A stretch of DNA of 63,988 nt, the filler included, from Perkinsus olseni (taxonomy: Eukaryota): assembly GCA_013115125.1 (NCBI GenBank). It is 6 parts of 6 records of this genome, joined end to end, with 100 filler letters (N's around TTAATTAATTAA, not from the genome) between each part and the next. Parts side by side here need not be neighbours in the genome. Positions count along the whole stretch, not along the records: positions 32,503 to 43,154 come from JABANN010000864.1; positions 43,255 to 53,895 come from JABANN010000865.1; 4 more parts are not named here. One strand, 5' to 3'. The notes beneath the pieces were generated by a model, which saw only the letters and a list, made by a program, of their open reading frames with translations, was not told the DNA's origin and did no database searches. How positions within the stretch are numbered: the stretch's first letter is position 1; each line of letters begins with the position of its first letter. Positions 36,939-48,719 of this stretch are shown here, piece by piece. The translations under genes were made by a program, and so were the position numbers.

Positions 36939-37940
36939 ATGGACCCGAGCTTGTATTTTGCCCTACCTGAGAGCTTCGACCCTCTGACAAGTCCCTTGGA
37001 CTTTGATCAGTGGGTGCGAAAATTTAAGGCATGTGCAACTGCCAATAAGTGGGAAGACGACGATCAGTTGAAGCACCTACCACCATTACTTCGAGGAGAT
37101 GCATGGATTGTTTATGATGAGCTCAAGCCCAATGAGAAGGATACGATGGCCAACCTGGTTAAGAACCTCTCCCACAAGTTGAATATTGCTACTCAGATGC
37201 AGAGCAGCGAACAGCTGTATCGTCGGACTTTGGATCCTGGTAGCGAGTCTTTACTTACGTATCAGAATGATATAAAGCGGTTGGCGCATCGAGCTTATCC
37301 GGATATGACCGCTGACCAAGTTGCCCCGATTATTCTCACTGCTTTTATCCGAGGGTTGAGAGGGCATTCAATGTCTCTCGCCCGAAAGGTCAGGAACGCT
37401 AACCCTAAGACTCTTCAACTTGCACTTGAGAAAGCTCAATTTCTGTTGTCTGACCCCTTCGAGGACGGTGACGTACCCCGTGAGAGTGAATTGTTGGCTG
37501 TGAAGCGCGGAGCTTATGAAGCAGCGCTTGATGGTGGTTTTGGGGCCGATGAAAAAGCGCCGGACTCGCTGCTACAGAAGTCTACCTCAACTACTGCGTC
37601 GACTCCTCATGAAGAAGCCGGTGATACGCCCAGCTGGATATTTACACTTGTCAGTGCTCTTCGTCGGGATGATCGCAGATGTAACTACTGTGGTAAAATC
37701 GGTCATTTGGAGGCTTACTGTTTCAAAAAACAGCGAGATAAAGGTCATGGTCCGGTACAAAAGCGTCCCCGACGAGAAGATGCTCGTGACGAGAAATCTA
37801 ACGAGGGTGTATCTGGTGATTATCCGCGTACAATGGGTGCTACTTGTGGGTATTGTTTGAGGAAGAACCACACGGAGGATCAGTGTCAGACTAAGAAGAA
37901 GGCATTGGCGCTCAAGTCCCAAGTCGAGCAGGGAAACTAG
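36939..37940 (+). CDS. gag: Retroelement Gag (capsid-like domain plus two CCHC knuckles)
   Basis: FDQWVRKF..LRGDAWIVY capsid-like region; CNYCGKIGHLEAYC and CGYCLRKNHTEDQC. Confidence 0.92.
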   Translation: MDPSLYFALPESFDPLTSPLDFDQWVRKFKACATANKWEDDDQLKHLPPLLRGDAWIVYDELKPNEKDTMANLVKNLSHKLNIATQMQSSEQLYRRTLDPGSESLLTYQNDIKRLAHRAYPDMTADQVAPIILTAFIRGLRGHSMSLARKVRNANPKTLQLALEKAQFLLSDPFEDGDVPRESELLAVKRGAYEAALDGGFGADEKAPDSLLQKSTSTTASTPHEEAGDTPSWIFTLVSALRRDDRRCNYCGKIGHLEAYCFKKQRDKGHGPVQKRPRREDARDEKSNEGVSGDYPRTMGATCGYCLRKNHTEDQCQTKKKALALKSQVEQGN

Positions 37941-37980
37941 AAGGCCGTGATGATGCTGCGGTTTCATCATCATGCAGGCC
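37931..37980 (+). promoter_or_regulatory. -1 programmed ribosomal frameshift signal
   Basis: G GGA AAC slippery heptamer just before gag TAG, 5-nt spacer, stem GGCC-GTGATGATG / CATCATCAT..GGCC; -1 frame is open into pol. Confidence 0.85.
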
Positions 37981-40051
37981 TGAGATTCAAGCCGTCGCTC
38001 TTGGATTGGGTAATGAGACTAGAGTTATCTCGGATTCATGTACTGTATGTGTTGATCTACTCGTTGAAGAGTTCAGGCTACCCACTCGTGCTCTCATCGA
38101 CAGTGGCTCAAGTATTTCTTTGATCGATTCTTCTACCTTGGCTAAATTACCTGTTTCCGTATCCCTCAATTCAGCGGATACCCCCAGGTGCACTACAGCC
38201 ACGAGGCAAAGCTTTCGTACTTTGGGATCAGCTGTTCTTACTATCTCCATAGCAGGCACATTGATTACCCACAAGTTCTTCGTTTCGGCACTATGGATGA
38301 TTCATCCGCTTATCCTTGGACGCGATGCACTCGCAAATGCCAATATATGCTTATCGTTTGCAACAAGCCATTACTGTCCATCAAAGTTGGCCCTTACGTG
38401 CTCGGTCGGTGATGAACCTTCTTCGTCAGGGCAGTGGCGAGCCCTACCCGAAGGCTGGGTTCCTTGTGATGTTATCTGCGATGACAACAACCTCTATATC
38501 GTATCTGCTGAGAGAGTTGGCTTTCATCCTTCAGGGGATACTCCCAGTAAGAGGGTATATGTTGGCTTCAATCCGGCCCTGGTGAAGGATCCTCGAAGAG
38601 CCGAACAGCTGGGCGCCCTACGACCCCACAAGCGACTCTCTCGGGCTACTCTCGAAGCCTTGGCTGCCGGTGAGAAGTGTTTTGAGCAGTGGATTTCGGA
38701 AGGCCGGCTACAACCAACTACACTGACCGAATCTTCGTCAACGACGAGTTGGTATGTCGTGGGCGGTGAATCCTCCCGAAGGTTCAGGCCGGTGTTCCCA
38801 TTCATTCACTTGAACAGATCATTGAGGTTGGCGTTTGGTAAGCAGCCCTTCTCGCAGGCATTGACTTCAACACTCATCGACAAGTCGAGGTGCTATCCGT
38901 ATGTGATTCTCAACGATGTGCAAGATGCATATATGCATCTATGGCTTCTTCCTAGCAATCGTCGATGCTTCACTGTCAACACTACCCCCCTGTCTGATGA
39001 ACCTACCCTCTACGAGTTCTGTTGTTTGCCCTATGACAATGGGGGTCCATCCCATTGTCCAAGGGTGCTTGAGGTGACACTGCAATGGTTGGTTCATCAT
39101 AATTTCAAGGGCGATGAGAGCTTCGAACTGGCTTCTTTCATGGACGACCTAGCAATTTTCTCACATGTGGAAAATCCCCCGGTGGAACGAGAACTTGCCG
39201 CCATCTGTAAAGATCATGACTTGAAGTTCAAGCCCACTAAGCGCCAAGCCTTGACTGAGACGGACTCCAATATGCTTGGTGTGGCTTACATTGAGAGTGG
39301 AAGGTATATCACAATGCCGCCGCAGAAGTTGGGTGTGCTGAAGTCTCGTATACCGCATTCGGGTTGTTCTTACTCTACTCTGTTGAGTACTCTTGGTACC
39401 TTGGATGAGTCCCCTACCGTGCCGGCCTGGGTGTCGGCCTTGAAGCATTCTGCCCAAAGTTTGGTAGCCAAGGAGCGATTCTCTACTCGGTTGACTTGGT
39501 CGTCCCCATGCTCGGAAGCTCTGCGGACTCTCATCATGGAATGGTATCAGATGGTTACTAAACTTCCCCAGTCATCATTTACTATACCACGGTTGTTTCG
39601 GTTCGATGAACCACTGCACGTGTTCACGGACTCGGCGAAGCATGCTGGTGGGTTCCTTCTGAGGCAGGATGGTGTGAATTATTTGGAGCGTGTCCACGTC
39701 TTCTCTACTGCTGAGTCTCATTTACCGATCGCCTGCTTAGAGGCCCACATCCTCTATAAAGGTTTTGCTATGGTACATAGGCTTGAAATAGCTGCTAGAA
39801 GGCGGTTTAACAAGGTGTACTATCATGTTGACAACGTGGCTGTTGAAGTGACCTTCAGTGCTGGGAGGCCGGCGTCATTTAGCAATAAGGATGCCAAACC
39901 GATCTTATTGAAGTATTTGCCGATGACTCATGCACTATTTGACCCCCTGGATTTCAATCGGAGGATATTTGTGGAGCGAGTGGCAACGCAGGACAATCCT
40001 GCCGATGATCTTACAAGGAACAGACTCCTTCAGCGGTTCATCAAATTGTAG
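37931..40051 (+). CDS. pol: Pol: aspartic protease, reverse transcriptase, RNase H (no integrase)
   Basis: ALIDSGSS..ILGRD; RFRPVF..LN, NDVQDAYMHL, LPY, FMDDL; VFTDS, LEA, VDN, NPADDLTR, then stop. Confidence 0.92.
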   Translation, partial: GKLEGRDDAAVSSSCRPEIQAVALGLGNETRVISDSCTVCVDLLVEEFRLPTRALIDSGSSISLIDSSTLAKLPVSVSLNSADTPRCTTATRQSFRTLGSAVLTISIAGTLITHKFFVSALWMIHPLILGRDALANANICLSFATSHYCPSKLALTCSVGDEPSSSGQWRALPEGWVPCDVICDDNNLYIVSAERVGFHPSGDTPSKRVYVGFNPALVKDPRRAEQLGALRPHKRLSRATLEALAAGEKCFEQWISEGRLQPTTLTESSSTTSWYVVGGESSRRFRPVFPFIHLNRSLRLAFGKQPFSQALTSTLIDKSRCYPYVILNDVQDAYMHLWLLPSNRRCFTVNTTPLSDEPTLYEFCCLPYDNGGPSHCPRVLEVTLQWLVHHNFKGDESFELASFMDDLAIFSHVENPPVERELAAICKDHDLKFKPTKRQALTETDSNMLGVAYIESGRYITMPPQKLGVLKSRIPHSGCSYSTLLSTLGTLDESPTVPAWVSALKHSAQSLVAKERFSTRLTWSSPCSEALRTLIMEWYQMVTKLPQSSFTIPRLFRFDEPLHVFTDSAKHAGGFLLRQDGVNYLERVHVFSTAESHLPIACLEAHILYKGFAMVHRLEIAARRRFNKVYYHVDNVAVEVTFSAGRPASFSNKDAKPILLKYLPMTHALFDPLDFNRRIFVERVATQDNPADDLTRNRLLQRFIKL

Positions 40052-40369
40052 CCCACAATGCAACGGTTCATGATACTAATTGTCGTCATTGTGGGGTCAG
40101 GGATGGAAACGCTCATCTGATGCTCAACTGTCAAAGACCAGATCGGTCTCGCTTGCGGCTTGGTTTCATAGACGGGAGCGGAACTCTCGGGCAAATAACA
40201 ATCTGTTTGAGTCGATGTGCAGCTATGGCTGACTACTGCAAAAGCTCTATTTCAAAGAGCTTCCGAAAACTGATTGAAAGAAAAGTTGGTGAACTTTTTG
40301 AGTCCTCGTGATGATGCTTGTCGTGGCACACCGGACGAGGCTTGTGTGACGGTCGTAGGCACAGCCCTC

Positions 40370-40550
40370 GGATGTGTAAGCGGATCCTGCCAGGAGGAAA
40401 GGAAGCCTTTCGGGTTGAATGTACCCCTGAGGACAGCCTATTGATAATCTGTCTGATTGTACTGCATGTCAACGCTACAGAGTGTCCCCAACTGTGCACA
40501 TCGGCAAGAGTCTAACTGAGCCGGAATCGGCGTTGGACTATAAACTCACA
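40370..40550 (+). repeat. Dispersed repeat family, 4 diverged copies in window
   Basis: Homologous to ~34765-34970 (same strand) and ~12745-12865, ~20108-20225 (opposite strand), e.g. CTGCATGTCAACGCTACAGA and TTGGACTATAAACTC cores. Confidence 0.7.
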
Positions 40551-41445
40551 CTAAGCAAATCCCTTGAGGTTTTACCGTATTCTCTCAAGGACTTCCTTAA
40601 GGGTAATGCGCTTAAAATCCCTAAGTTATAGGCCCATGGGCCCTATATGTTAAGTGTTCCGTACGATAGGGTACTTCAATGACCTCCGCTTCGCCAGCGT
40701 GCGATACACATTTTACACATCACGGTACCGTAACTCAGTACGGCACGCCTTTCGAAACCGTAAACGTTTTTATAAACTTACTCGCCATAACCGTAGTTTT
40801 GTCCATATCTACATAGGGCGCAGCTACTTTAGCTAGCTGCGCCCTATGACCAAGACGAGACTCGTCTGACGAGTCCAGAGTCCACGAGTCCATTTACCTC
40901 CCTCGAGACCACAGGCTTTGAGCCGGGTGTTGGTATCGAGGGGTAGCTTGCGAGGTGATGGTATCGAGGGCTAGCTTGCGACCAGAAGAGGCCGTAAGTT
41001 GCAAAGCAGGAATCATACCGCGGTGAGCGAATGCTCCGACAGCGTCGGACCGACACCGACTAAACACAACACACCCATTACAAGCTGTTTCATTTAAAGG
41101 GTGACCGAGGTAAAGAAACTAAACGCGTCTTATTAGCGCGCGTATCTTCATGCAACTCGGGCTGTCGCTAAATGCAACAGTCTTACCCCTAAAGGCAGTA
41201 GTCTGACTACAATATCAACCCGACGCTAGCAAGCATTCGGGCGACGTGATGGAGAACTAGCGAAAAACCAACCAACACGTCAAGGCCCTTGACGAGCCCG
41301 GAAACACTTGGGCACGGCCAAGTGATAAAAAAGGGTTTGGTAAGCGTAACGCTCAGAGCGTCCATTATATGCACCCAGACTACGTACAAGACTCTTGTAA
41401 CAAGAGTCTCTTCTGAAGAGACTTCACCGGGCAAAATAATGCCAA

Positions 41446-43140
41446 TCAAGATTGTCGTGGAACAAAAGCCAAATAGAGCTTCTGTGGCACGAAAGTAAAC
41501 CTATAACCTCGTTCCACCATGTTCAGCGGGGCAGCAGCGGATATATCTTCAAATTCTGCCAACAATGTAGCCAAGATAACTGTCACCTCTCGAATGGCCA
41601 GGTATCTCCCGGGACAATAACGCGGACCGCCCCCAAAGGCAAGATGCTGGCTGACGCGACTCGCATCCACGGTTTTCCCATCATCCCCAAACCACAGTTC
41701 AGGCCTAAAACACAATCAAATCGCCGCTCTGATCCTGTAGACCAGATCCTTGCCTGAAATATGTTCCACCATGTGCGGGTTGGGACATCGCCTTCCGAAG
41801 GAGCAGGAGGAATGACGTGCGGGCGGGAAACTCTACGTCTGCGACGCTTGTAGCCTCGGTATTCGAAAGCACCAGAACACCGAACGGAGGTTGGAGCTGC
41901 ATACAACAAGACTCAGCCCTACGGAAGCCTTGCGAATATTGCGCAGTACTCTCAATGTCTCCAAAACGCAGCATTGTAGGAAAGGTAAGCGTTCAGTATC
42001 TTCCTTTGTAGTCGGAATTATTCCTCCCAGAGAGTCAACTTCAGCTCTCGCCCTGCGCTGTGCATCGGGATAGAGGCAGAAGTAGTAGAGCGCCCAAGAT
42101 ACAGTTACTGAGGCAGTGTCACTACCCGCTATCAAGAATCTGAGGACGTTGAAGATCTATCGCCAATACCACAACGGGCCGCAAATGCACGGGGAAATGC
42201 TCTCACGTAGCTAGGTTTCCGATAAGGTCGTTCTCCGGAAGGGCCAGCATTTTATCCAGCAGATCCGGCTTTTCACCAGACTTCGCCAACTTCCTCTCCT
42301 CTTTTCTTGCACGGATGATATCACCGCAATAGTCTTGTAGTAGCTTGGAATACTTATGGTACTGACAGAAGAGGCGAATCAGTGGAATTGTTATGGCGAT
42401 AATCTCATGCCCTACATTTTTCACTGCAGGGTCGAGGTTGAATGGAAAGATGTTGCGAGTAGAGAAAGGAAAAGCGGCCCGCTCCAGACCGAGTGACACG
42501 CCTTCGAGATAGCCCTTAATAGTGTTCTGGACATCCTGTGATTTGCCATTAACTGCCTCACCTACAGAGTTATTCACGCGGTAGCCCTAGACGAGACGTT
42601 GAAGTTGAATTCCGTACCATCTCCACCAAGAAAGTTCAAGTCGATTCCAAACGTCGTGACGCATAGAATGTCCAGTGAACAGCGCGGAATCCATTCTTCA
42701 GGTTTGCAAAGGATTCGCCCCTCTCGATCGCGAGATAACGCCTTAATCTCTTTTGCCTGACGAAAGCAGCAACTATAAGGCAGCAGTACTATTCACAGCA
42801 TGCACAATCGTTCGACCATCCTACCAGTTTTGATGCAACATGTGCTATCTTTGGGAGCATTGCATCGCAGTGCACCTCATTGAATGCAGGTGCTCCTAGT
42901 CTTCGGTTCCTCTTCCATGTTTCTCCTTCGCTATTCACCATTCCCTTAACCTCGGCCTCATCCTCGTTCATCCGCCGGATGAAAGTTCCCGGGCGGGCCT
43001 TCAGGATCTGGTGTATAACGTCTGTATTGTAAATGACAACCAAGGGCTTCCCCATCAACCTGAGGAATACGATGTACGACCACAGTATCTCACCAAATCT
43101 TGGGATTGTACTTCATTTTAAATACATCTCCATATGTATC
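41446..43140 (-). CDS. Cytochrome P450, multi-exon (5' end at contig break)
   Basis: WKRNR (WxxxR), AGSDT I-helix, ETLR, FRPE, FGGGPRYCPG heme motif. Confidence 0.95.
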
Positions 43141-43738
43141 AGCTAGAATGTGGCNNNNNNNNNNNNNNNNNNNNNNNNNNNNNNNNNNNNNNNNNNNNTT
43201 AATTAATTAANNNNNNNNNNNNNNNNNNNNNNNNNNNNNNNNNNNNNNNNNNNNGGCGAGCGCTTGCTTCGTCTCTGTATTTGCACCACTCTACACTGCG
43301 CGGGCTTCGTGTAGTTCGTCAAACAAGTCGTGGAAGAGAAATTTTCACCTTCAACGAGGGAAGGAATTCCCAACCCGCTCGAAAAGTTTCGGTCGCCATC
43401 CGATAATAACATCCGAGCATTCCAGAGAAGTGCAAGAGGGCGAATGCGGTTCTGGAGGGCCGGGCCGTGGCTGCTCTTGACGATCTCTTCATGGATTTCC
43501 TTCACGATAACGCTTTCACGCATAGCAGGAGTTCCTTTGCAGCACTCAGGCCCCTGGGTGAAGTGCGATCGACGTAGCTGAGCGTACTGGTGATATGTGT
43601 ATTATGTGTAGACTCTCGCTCGGGCTCTCCGAAAGATCCCTCCGCACGTAGTGTGATAGCACGGAGCCACTCAACTCTTCAACAAAACACAACCGCCATT
43701 ACGGACAAACTAGAGCTATATAACAGAAGGGCAGCAGT

Positions 43739-45832
43739 TCAAGCGGCGTTGTCACTGTTCAGTCTGTCCACAGCCGCACCCAGAGGCCAGGCCGCCTCCA
43801 GTTGGAAGTCGCCATATTGTAGCTTGTTTGCCACCACCACGGCTTGCTCATTGTCAAGGCCGAAACCGTCGGTCAATAAGGTGAGGATGTAGGTCATGTC
43901 CATGCAGGCCCAGGGGTCTCCGTCGGCCCCTGCTCTGCACAGCTTGTCCGCAAGTGCTCTGAATTCCGCAACAGTAACCACACCCTGGAAGTCCCCTTCC
44001 GGTATGAGGCCATGCTGCTGTGCCCGATCGAAGATGTAGGAGTAGAGACGGAAGGTGTACTGATTAGCCGTCACTGGACCGAGCCACTTCCCGTCAAATG
44101 CACATCTATCGGAGTCAGTGCCGCACTCTTGCGCCAGATTCATGGCAACTTTAACAGTGTCCATACACCTCGAGCCTCGTGTGGTTGGATCTTCATCATC
44201 AGCTATCAGCTCCATTGTTGCTCCAGAGTATTCATATAGTGAGGGGAGATCAGAATCGGGCACAACACACGGGTTGGTATCTACAGGAAGGTAGCAGTGC
44301 AGGGAAAGTCCCGACGGAATACAGCAGTGACTAGAAGCGCTCACCATTGATGTTGACCTCCAAAACTTTTCGTCTAGCGGCCTTCAATCCGTAGCCAAGC
44401 CAGCTATGAACATAAAGGCTTCGCGTCTTGTCGAGCGGCGTTAGATAGGAACCGTACTCAGCCCTCACTGAGGGAGTCAACTGACCAGACGAGGGAAGAG
44501 CGTCGTCTCCGATCAAACATATCGATCACATGCGTGATACGATTCAACCACGACTGAGTTACCTCTCGGCGAGCCGACTAGAACTCCACTAGGAAATTCG
44601 GACTCTGATAAGCGTGAGAGCCCCACCATGAGTGACGGAGTTCCAGTTGACTCAAGAGACTCCGTCGTGGGTTGCAGCAGTTATGCGAGCTGGTCCACAC
44701 GGGCTGTCAAGCGTCCACCAACTCACCAGTTTGTTGTTGATGCCGTACGCTAGCTGAACACTGCCGCCACCGAGGTCAATGACAGCACTCGGGAGTCCGG
44801 CGTATCGGTAAGCGAAGTCAACCGTCATCCACTGAAATCTAGCCTCATCAACTCCATCCATAATGTACACGTCCTCATCTGATCTCAGAGCGAAGGGGGA
44901 CTCCTTCATGACATCTCTCGTCGCCTGAGCAACAGACGGTTGGTCCTCTCAACAGTGGTGCGGAATGGATCAATTCCGATGAAACCAGAGAACCCGGCAG
45001 CAGATAGCTAACCAGAAAAAAGACGTTGTGAGCACCTCTAGCAGCTTCTCAGCTTTGTCCGAGGGCAGCATCCTCAACCCTGCAGTGGCGCTGACTACGA
45101 CCTGTGCACCCTTGGCCTCAGGAACGTTGCTTACTGCCTCGTCCACGAGCCATCGCAGACCCGCCCTGAAGGGATGATGACATAAAATGCACGACATGGA
45201 TTCGACCGCACAACCTTCCGATTACGGGAGCGGTAGTATAACCCATTGAACTACTTCTCTTCTTACTTGCAGCCTTCTGGATCATCTGCGTAACTAGATA
45301 AGCCACCATCGACTTTCCGGAAGAGCGTGAGAGCGTCCGGCGACACCGGGTCTAGCTTCACCTTATCCCCAACTTCTTCGAATTTGAAAACTTGCACACG
45401 AGAGCCCGTCGAGCCCGCATCGAAGATGACCTTGTACGTAATAGAACCCTGCCTCGCCAAGAAGCCGCTCTGCTCCTGCTCCCACGAGGACATTCTCGTC
45501 GTTACAAATATCAGGCCGTATATGATGACACCAATCGTCACGAAGGCGACGAGCGTCCACACGTGCTTGATGAGCCACTGCTCGATCTTCCACAACCTCG
45601 CCCGCAAAGGGCTCACAGGAGACTCTCTAGCCTTCACAACTGTCCCGGTCTCCATGGCCTCCTCCTCCTCATTAAAATCATCATTCCATTTCAAAGCCAT
45701 TGTTTCGAAGGATCGATCAGGTGTGCGGCTGCCGGAAGATTCTGGTGGCTGATCTAGTCGGCGTTTCACTGAGGGCGCTGTTGTAGGTGACAATGGGAGT
45801 TCTCTCAGTTCTCGAGAGGACCCAGTGTCCAT
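43739..45832 (-). CDS. GDA1/CD39 family NTPDase (apyrase/GDPase), type II membrane protein
   Basis: FDAGSTGSR, ATAGLR, GVDEA, DLGGGSVQ, WPLG; N-terminal TM helix. Confidence 0.95.
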
Positions 45833-46028
45833 GCACGATAGTAAACAATCAACTTCATCATCAACTCTACTACCACTCGTAAACTCAACTCACGCCGGAG
45901 GTGAACACCGATTAACAACAGAATGTGGCATGAAGTAACAGAAGAACCTTTAGGAGGCGTATGGCCCTCTCCTAGATTCTCGTACTAGGTAGGTTTCCGG
46001 TGTCCAACTTGTCGTCATAGAGGAGAGG

Positions 46029-47480
46029 TTAGTCGGCCTGATCAGGTTCACCGAATCCTCCTGCTCGAACGAAAGCCCCTGAAGCCTTACCGTCCACCAA
46101 AGGTGCACCGAGAGCTAGCCACCCGTCGTGGCCGTCCAGATAGGTCATACGCGCCTGGCCCGGGGAAGGGTACAGACAGCACGCCGCCGCCCCTACAGTG
46201 ACAAACAGCGTGAAGCTTCCCTTACCGTACCACTCCTTGCGAGGATCATCGAGCATGACAGAGCGGTCGCACGGTAGCTGTTAGCGAGCTCACGAAAAGA
46301 AGTACAGTACCACACTTTCCCTACTTCCCAACATCGGTGATCGACCCCTTCTCAGTACGGGCCATCATGGACCACCTAGGCGGCTTCGACAGCACCGGAT
46401 GGCCGTTTGGTCCTGAAAACAGGCGTATGGGGTACAACGTGTTTACCTGAGCTTCATTACGGAATATACAGTTGTACTCCAAGGGCTCTTCTCGTGTGGC
46501 ATCCTTACCGCACCCTGGGTTACCTCGATAGCCGCCAAAGCTTGTGAACCTGTCGAGCCGTGATGTATGTTTGACAAGCCGAGGCCGAGGGAACCACTTG
46601 TACAGACACGAAAGACGTGGGATAGCAGCACTGTAACCTGGAAGAACCACGGAGCCGACTAGAATTTAGCCAAAACTACAGAAGCAATGAATGGAATATG
46701 AAAAGTACCTGTTGGTCAGAATTGCCTCTACTGATCTGACTCGAGATAGAGCGAGGCGTTTCGACAACAATTCCGTGAATCATGAACGCCCTATAGCCTT
46801 CAACCCACCACGAGACTTCCCGCTACGCATCGGAACATGCCAATCCTTACTACCTCTCAGATACACCTCCTAAATGCTTAGCTCGATTACCCAACACTAT
46901 CTTCCCTCTCCTCGTTAAGTCAGCGAGCTTCAACTTGGCGGGGTCCGGCCCCGACGCTACTCGCTGTGATATTGTTGTGTTGATCCATGTAGGAACCTAA
47001 AGATACCACCAATACGCACAGAGAAGAATTTCCAAATCCCCCACGTCTCTAGGAAGGTGTCTAGGACGTTCGTTCAAACTCCAATGAGGGGGTCGATGCT
47101 TGATCGTATCCACAGCCTTGGTCGTGTGAACATCATACTGCCCAGGACCTGACCATTTCAAGTGTTGCTAGCCGCGAACGTGAGCACGCCTACCAGGCGT
47201 CATGACCGGCTTAGATGCAGTAGTGATAGCTGGGACCAAGGGCTCAGGGACAGGGGCAAGCAGGGACGCTGTCTTCATCGAGCCTGATATCGGGCACGCT
47301 GTGTGGCAAGGTACAGGTACTTGAGAGGCGCAGAGCCGCATTGAGGGCGACGGGATGGTTTTGTTGAACACCACACAGCGAGAAGGCCACAAGCGGCACC
47401 GTGCGTCTTTCGGCTCAGCCTTGCATGGTAACCCGGAGATCTCAACAAGATGGTTAGCGAGTCGGTTAAAGAGTTGAAAA
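46029..47480 (-). CDS. STPG/SHIPPO-repeat (ODF3-like) flagellar protein, multi-exon; ends uncertain
   Basis: Spliced TPGPGQYDV..HRPPHWSL, GAGPAK, KPPRWSMMAR, FTSFG motifs. Confidence 0.6.
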
Positions 47481-48719
47481 TTGCACGGGGGCCACTGAGG
47501 CAAATGATTTCGCTCTACCGCATCGGCACGTTCCAGGTCTATAGATGAATCAGTAAGTACTGGTTTACCGGCTCAATGCCGCATAATAGCAAACCTTTAG
47601 CTACCAGAACTGGCCCCGGTCAATTACCCCTCCCTCCACTAGGACCAACAGTGGCTCCTGTATCGCTGGCAGCCGCCGCCGGATATGCGCATGATGACGA
47701 TGCCGAGCTCCGTGCGGCAGTGCTGGACACTGAGCACGCCTGAAGCAGCACTTGATGCCGATACCATATTTCTCCCTAATCCTATTACCCCGCTTGAACG
47801 TTTTCTACCCATACTGAGCGAGTACTGGACTTGTGTCGGTTGTTGCCTTGGCGCTCGCCGCCGGAAAAATGACGTTTGAGACATTTTCACGCGAACAGCG
47901 AAGCAGATCTGAGGGTGCGCTCCGAGAAGCGATGATGCTCAGGATAGATTCATTTCTACACGTTAAAAGTGATCTCGGTATGTTACTCCGAGAGAGGAGT
48001 AGGTCATCAGGCTGTCGAAGGAGGCCTGCGCCAGTATCCCTCATTCTCAGTGCAATCGATGAATCATCCTCGTAGGCCTCCAGTTGGTTTACCGCTGCCG
48101 AAACCTCATGTGTCTGCGTACTGCGTTGAACGCATGCACAAGCTGGGGTCGGTCCCCCATACCTTCAATGCAAGGATTTATTTTTACGCATGAGACGCGG
48201 TTTCAGAATCTGAGTTACAATTTCTTAGTTCGTTGTTATCACAGTTGAATATCGGATTGGGAGGAATTGAAATATTTTCAGCAAGCATTATTATTTTTTA
48301 TCTTTAGGCTTCAACTGCACAAACAATAAAATCATTTCCGACGCGCGCAGCCCAATGGCACATCCACTGAGATTTGAGTGTCGTCAAGAATAGAGTTCCT
48401 GTCGGGCAAAGACATGTTAGAGAGTTGCTAGGGCGCTGCGGGTCGTATGAGACCCCTCTTGACTCGTCACTGCATCAGAGCACTCCACGGGACCCTTGCG
48501 TTCACAGTAATTCTTTCACTCAGAGATGATACCATTGTCCGCCTCACTGTGCTGAAGGGGGAATCCCGCAGGCAAAAGATAGCGCGTCGCAAAGGTTTGA
48601 GAAAAGGACCCTAATCTGTTTATGTATTATCTGTACGCGCAGAGACAGGCGGAATTCATTTGACGAAGCTGAGTTCATGCCTCGGTGAAATTGTCGACCA
48701 GCAGTTACTTTTTGTATTC

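Noticed and set aside
36764-40053. GGCTACA / TGTAGCC as DIRS-like inverted termini
   Set aside because: Only 7 bp and no supporting internal complementary region
34765-40550. The two flanking repeat copies as LTRs of the RT element
   Set aside because: Too diverged for an element with intact ORFs, no TG..CA ends, PBS or TSD seen, and a hAT remnant lies between
40854-40890. CTGACGAGTCC as a hammerhead ribozyme core
   Set aside because: No complementary GGAC-GAAA downstream
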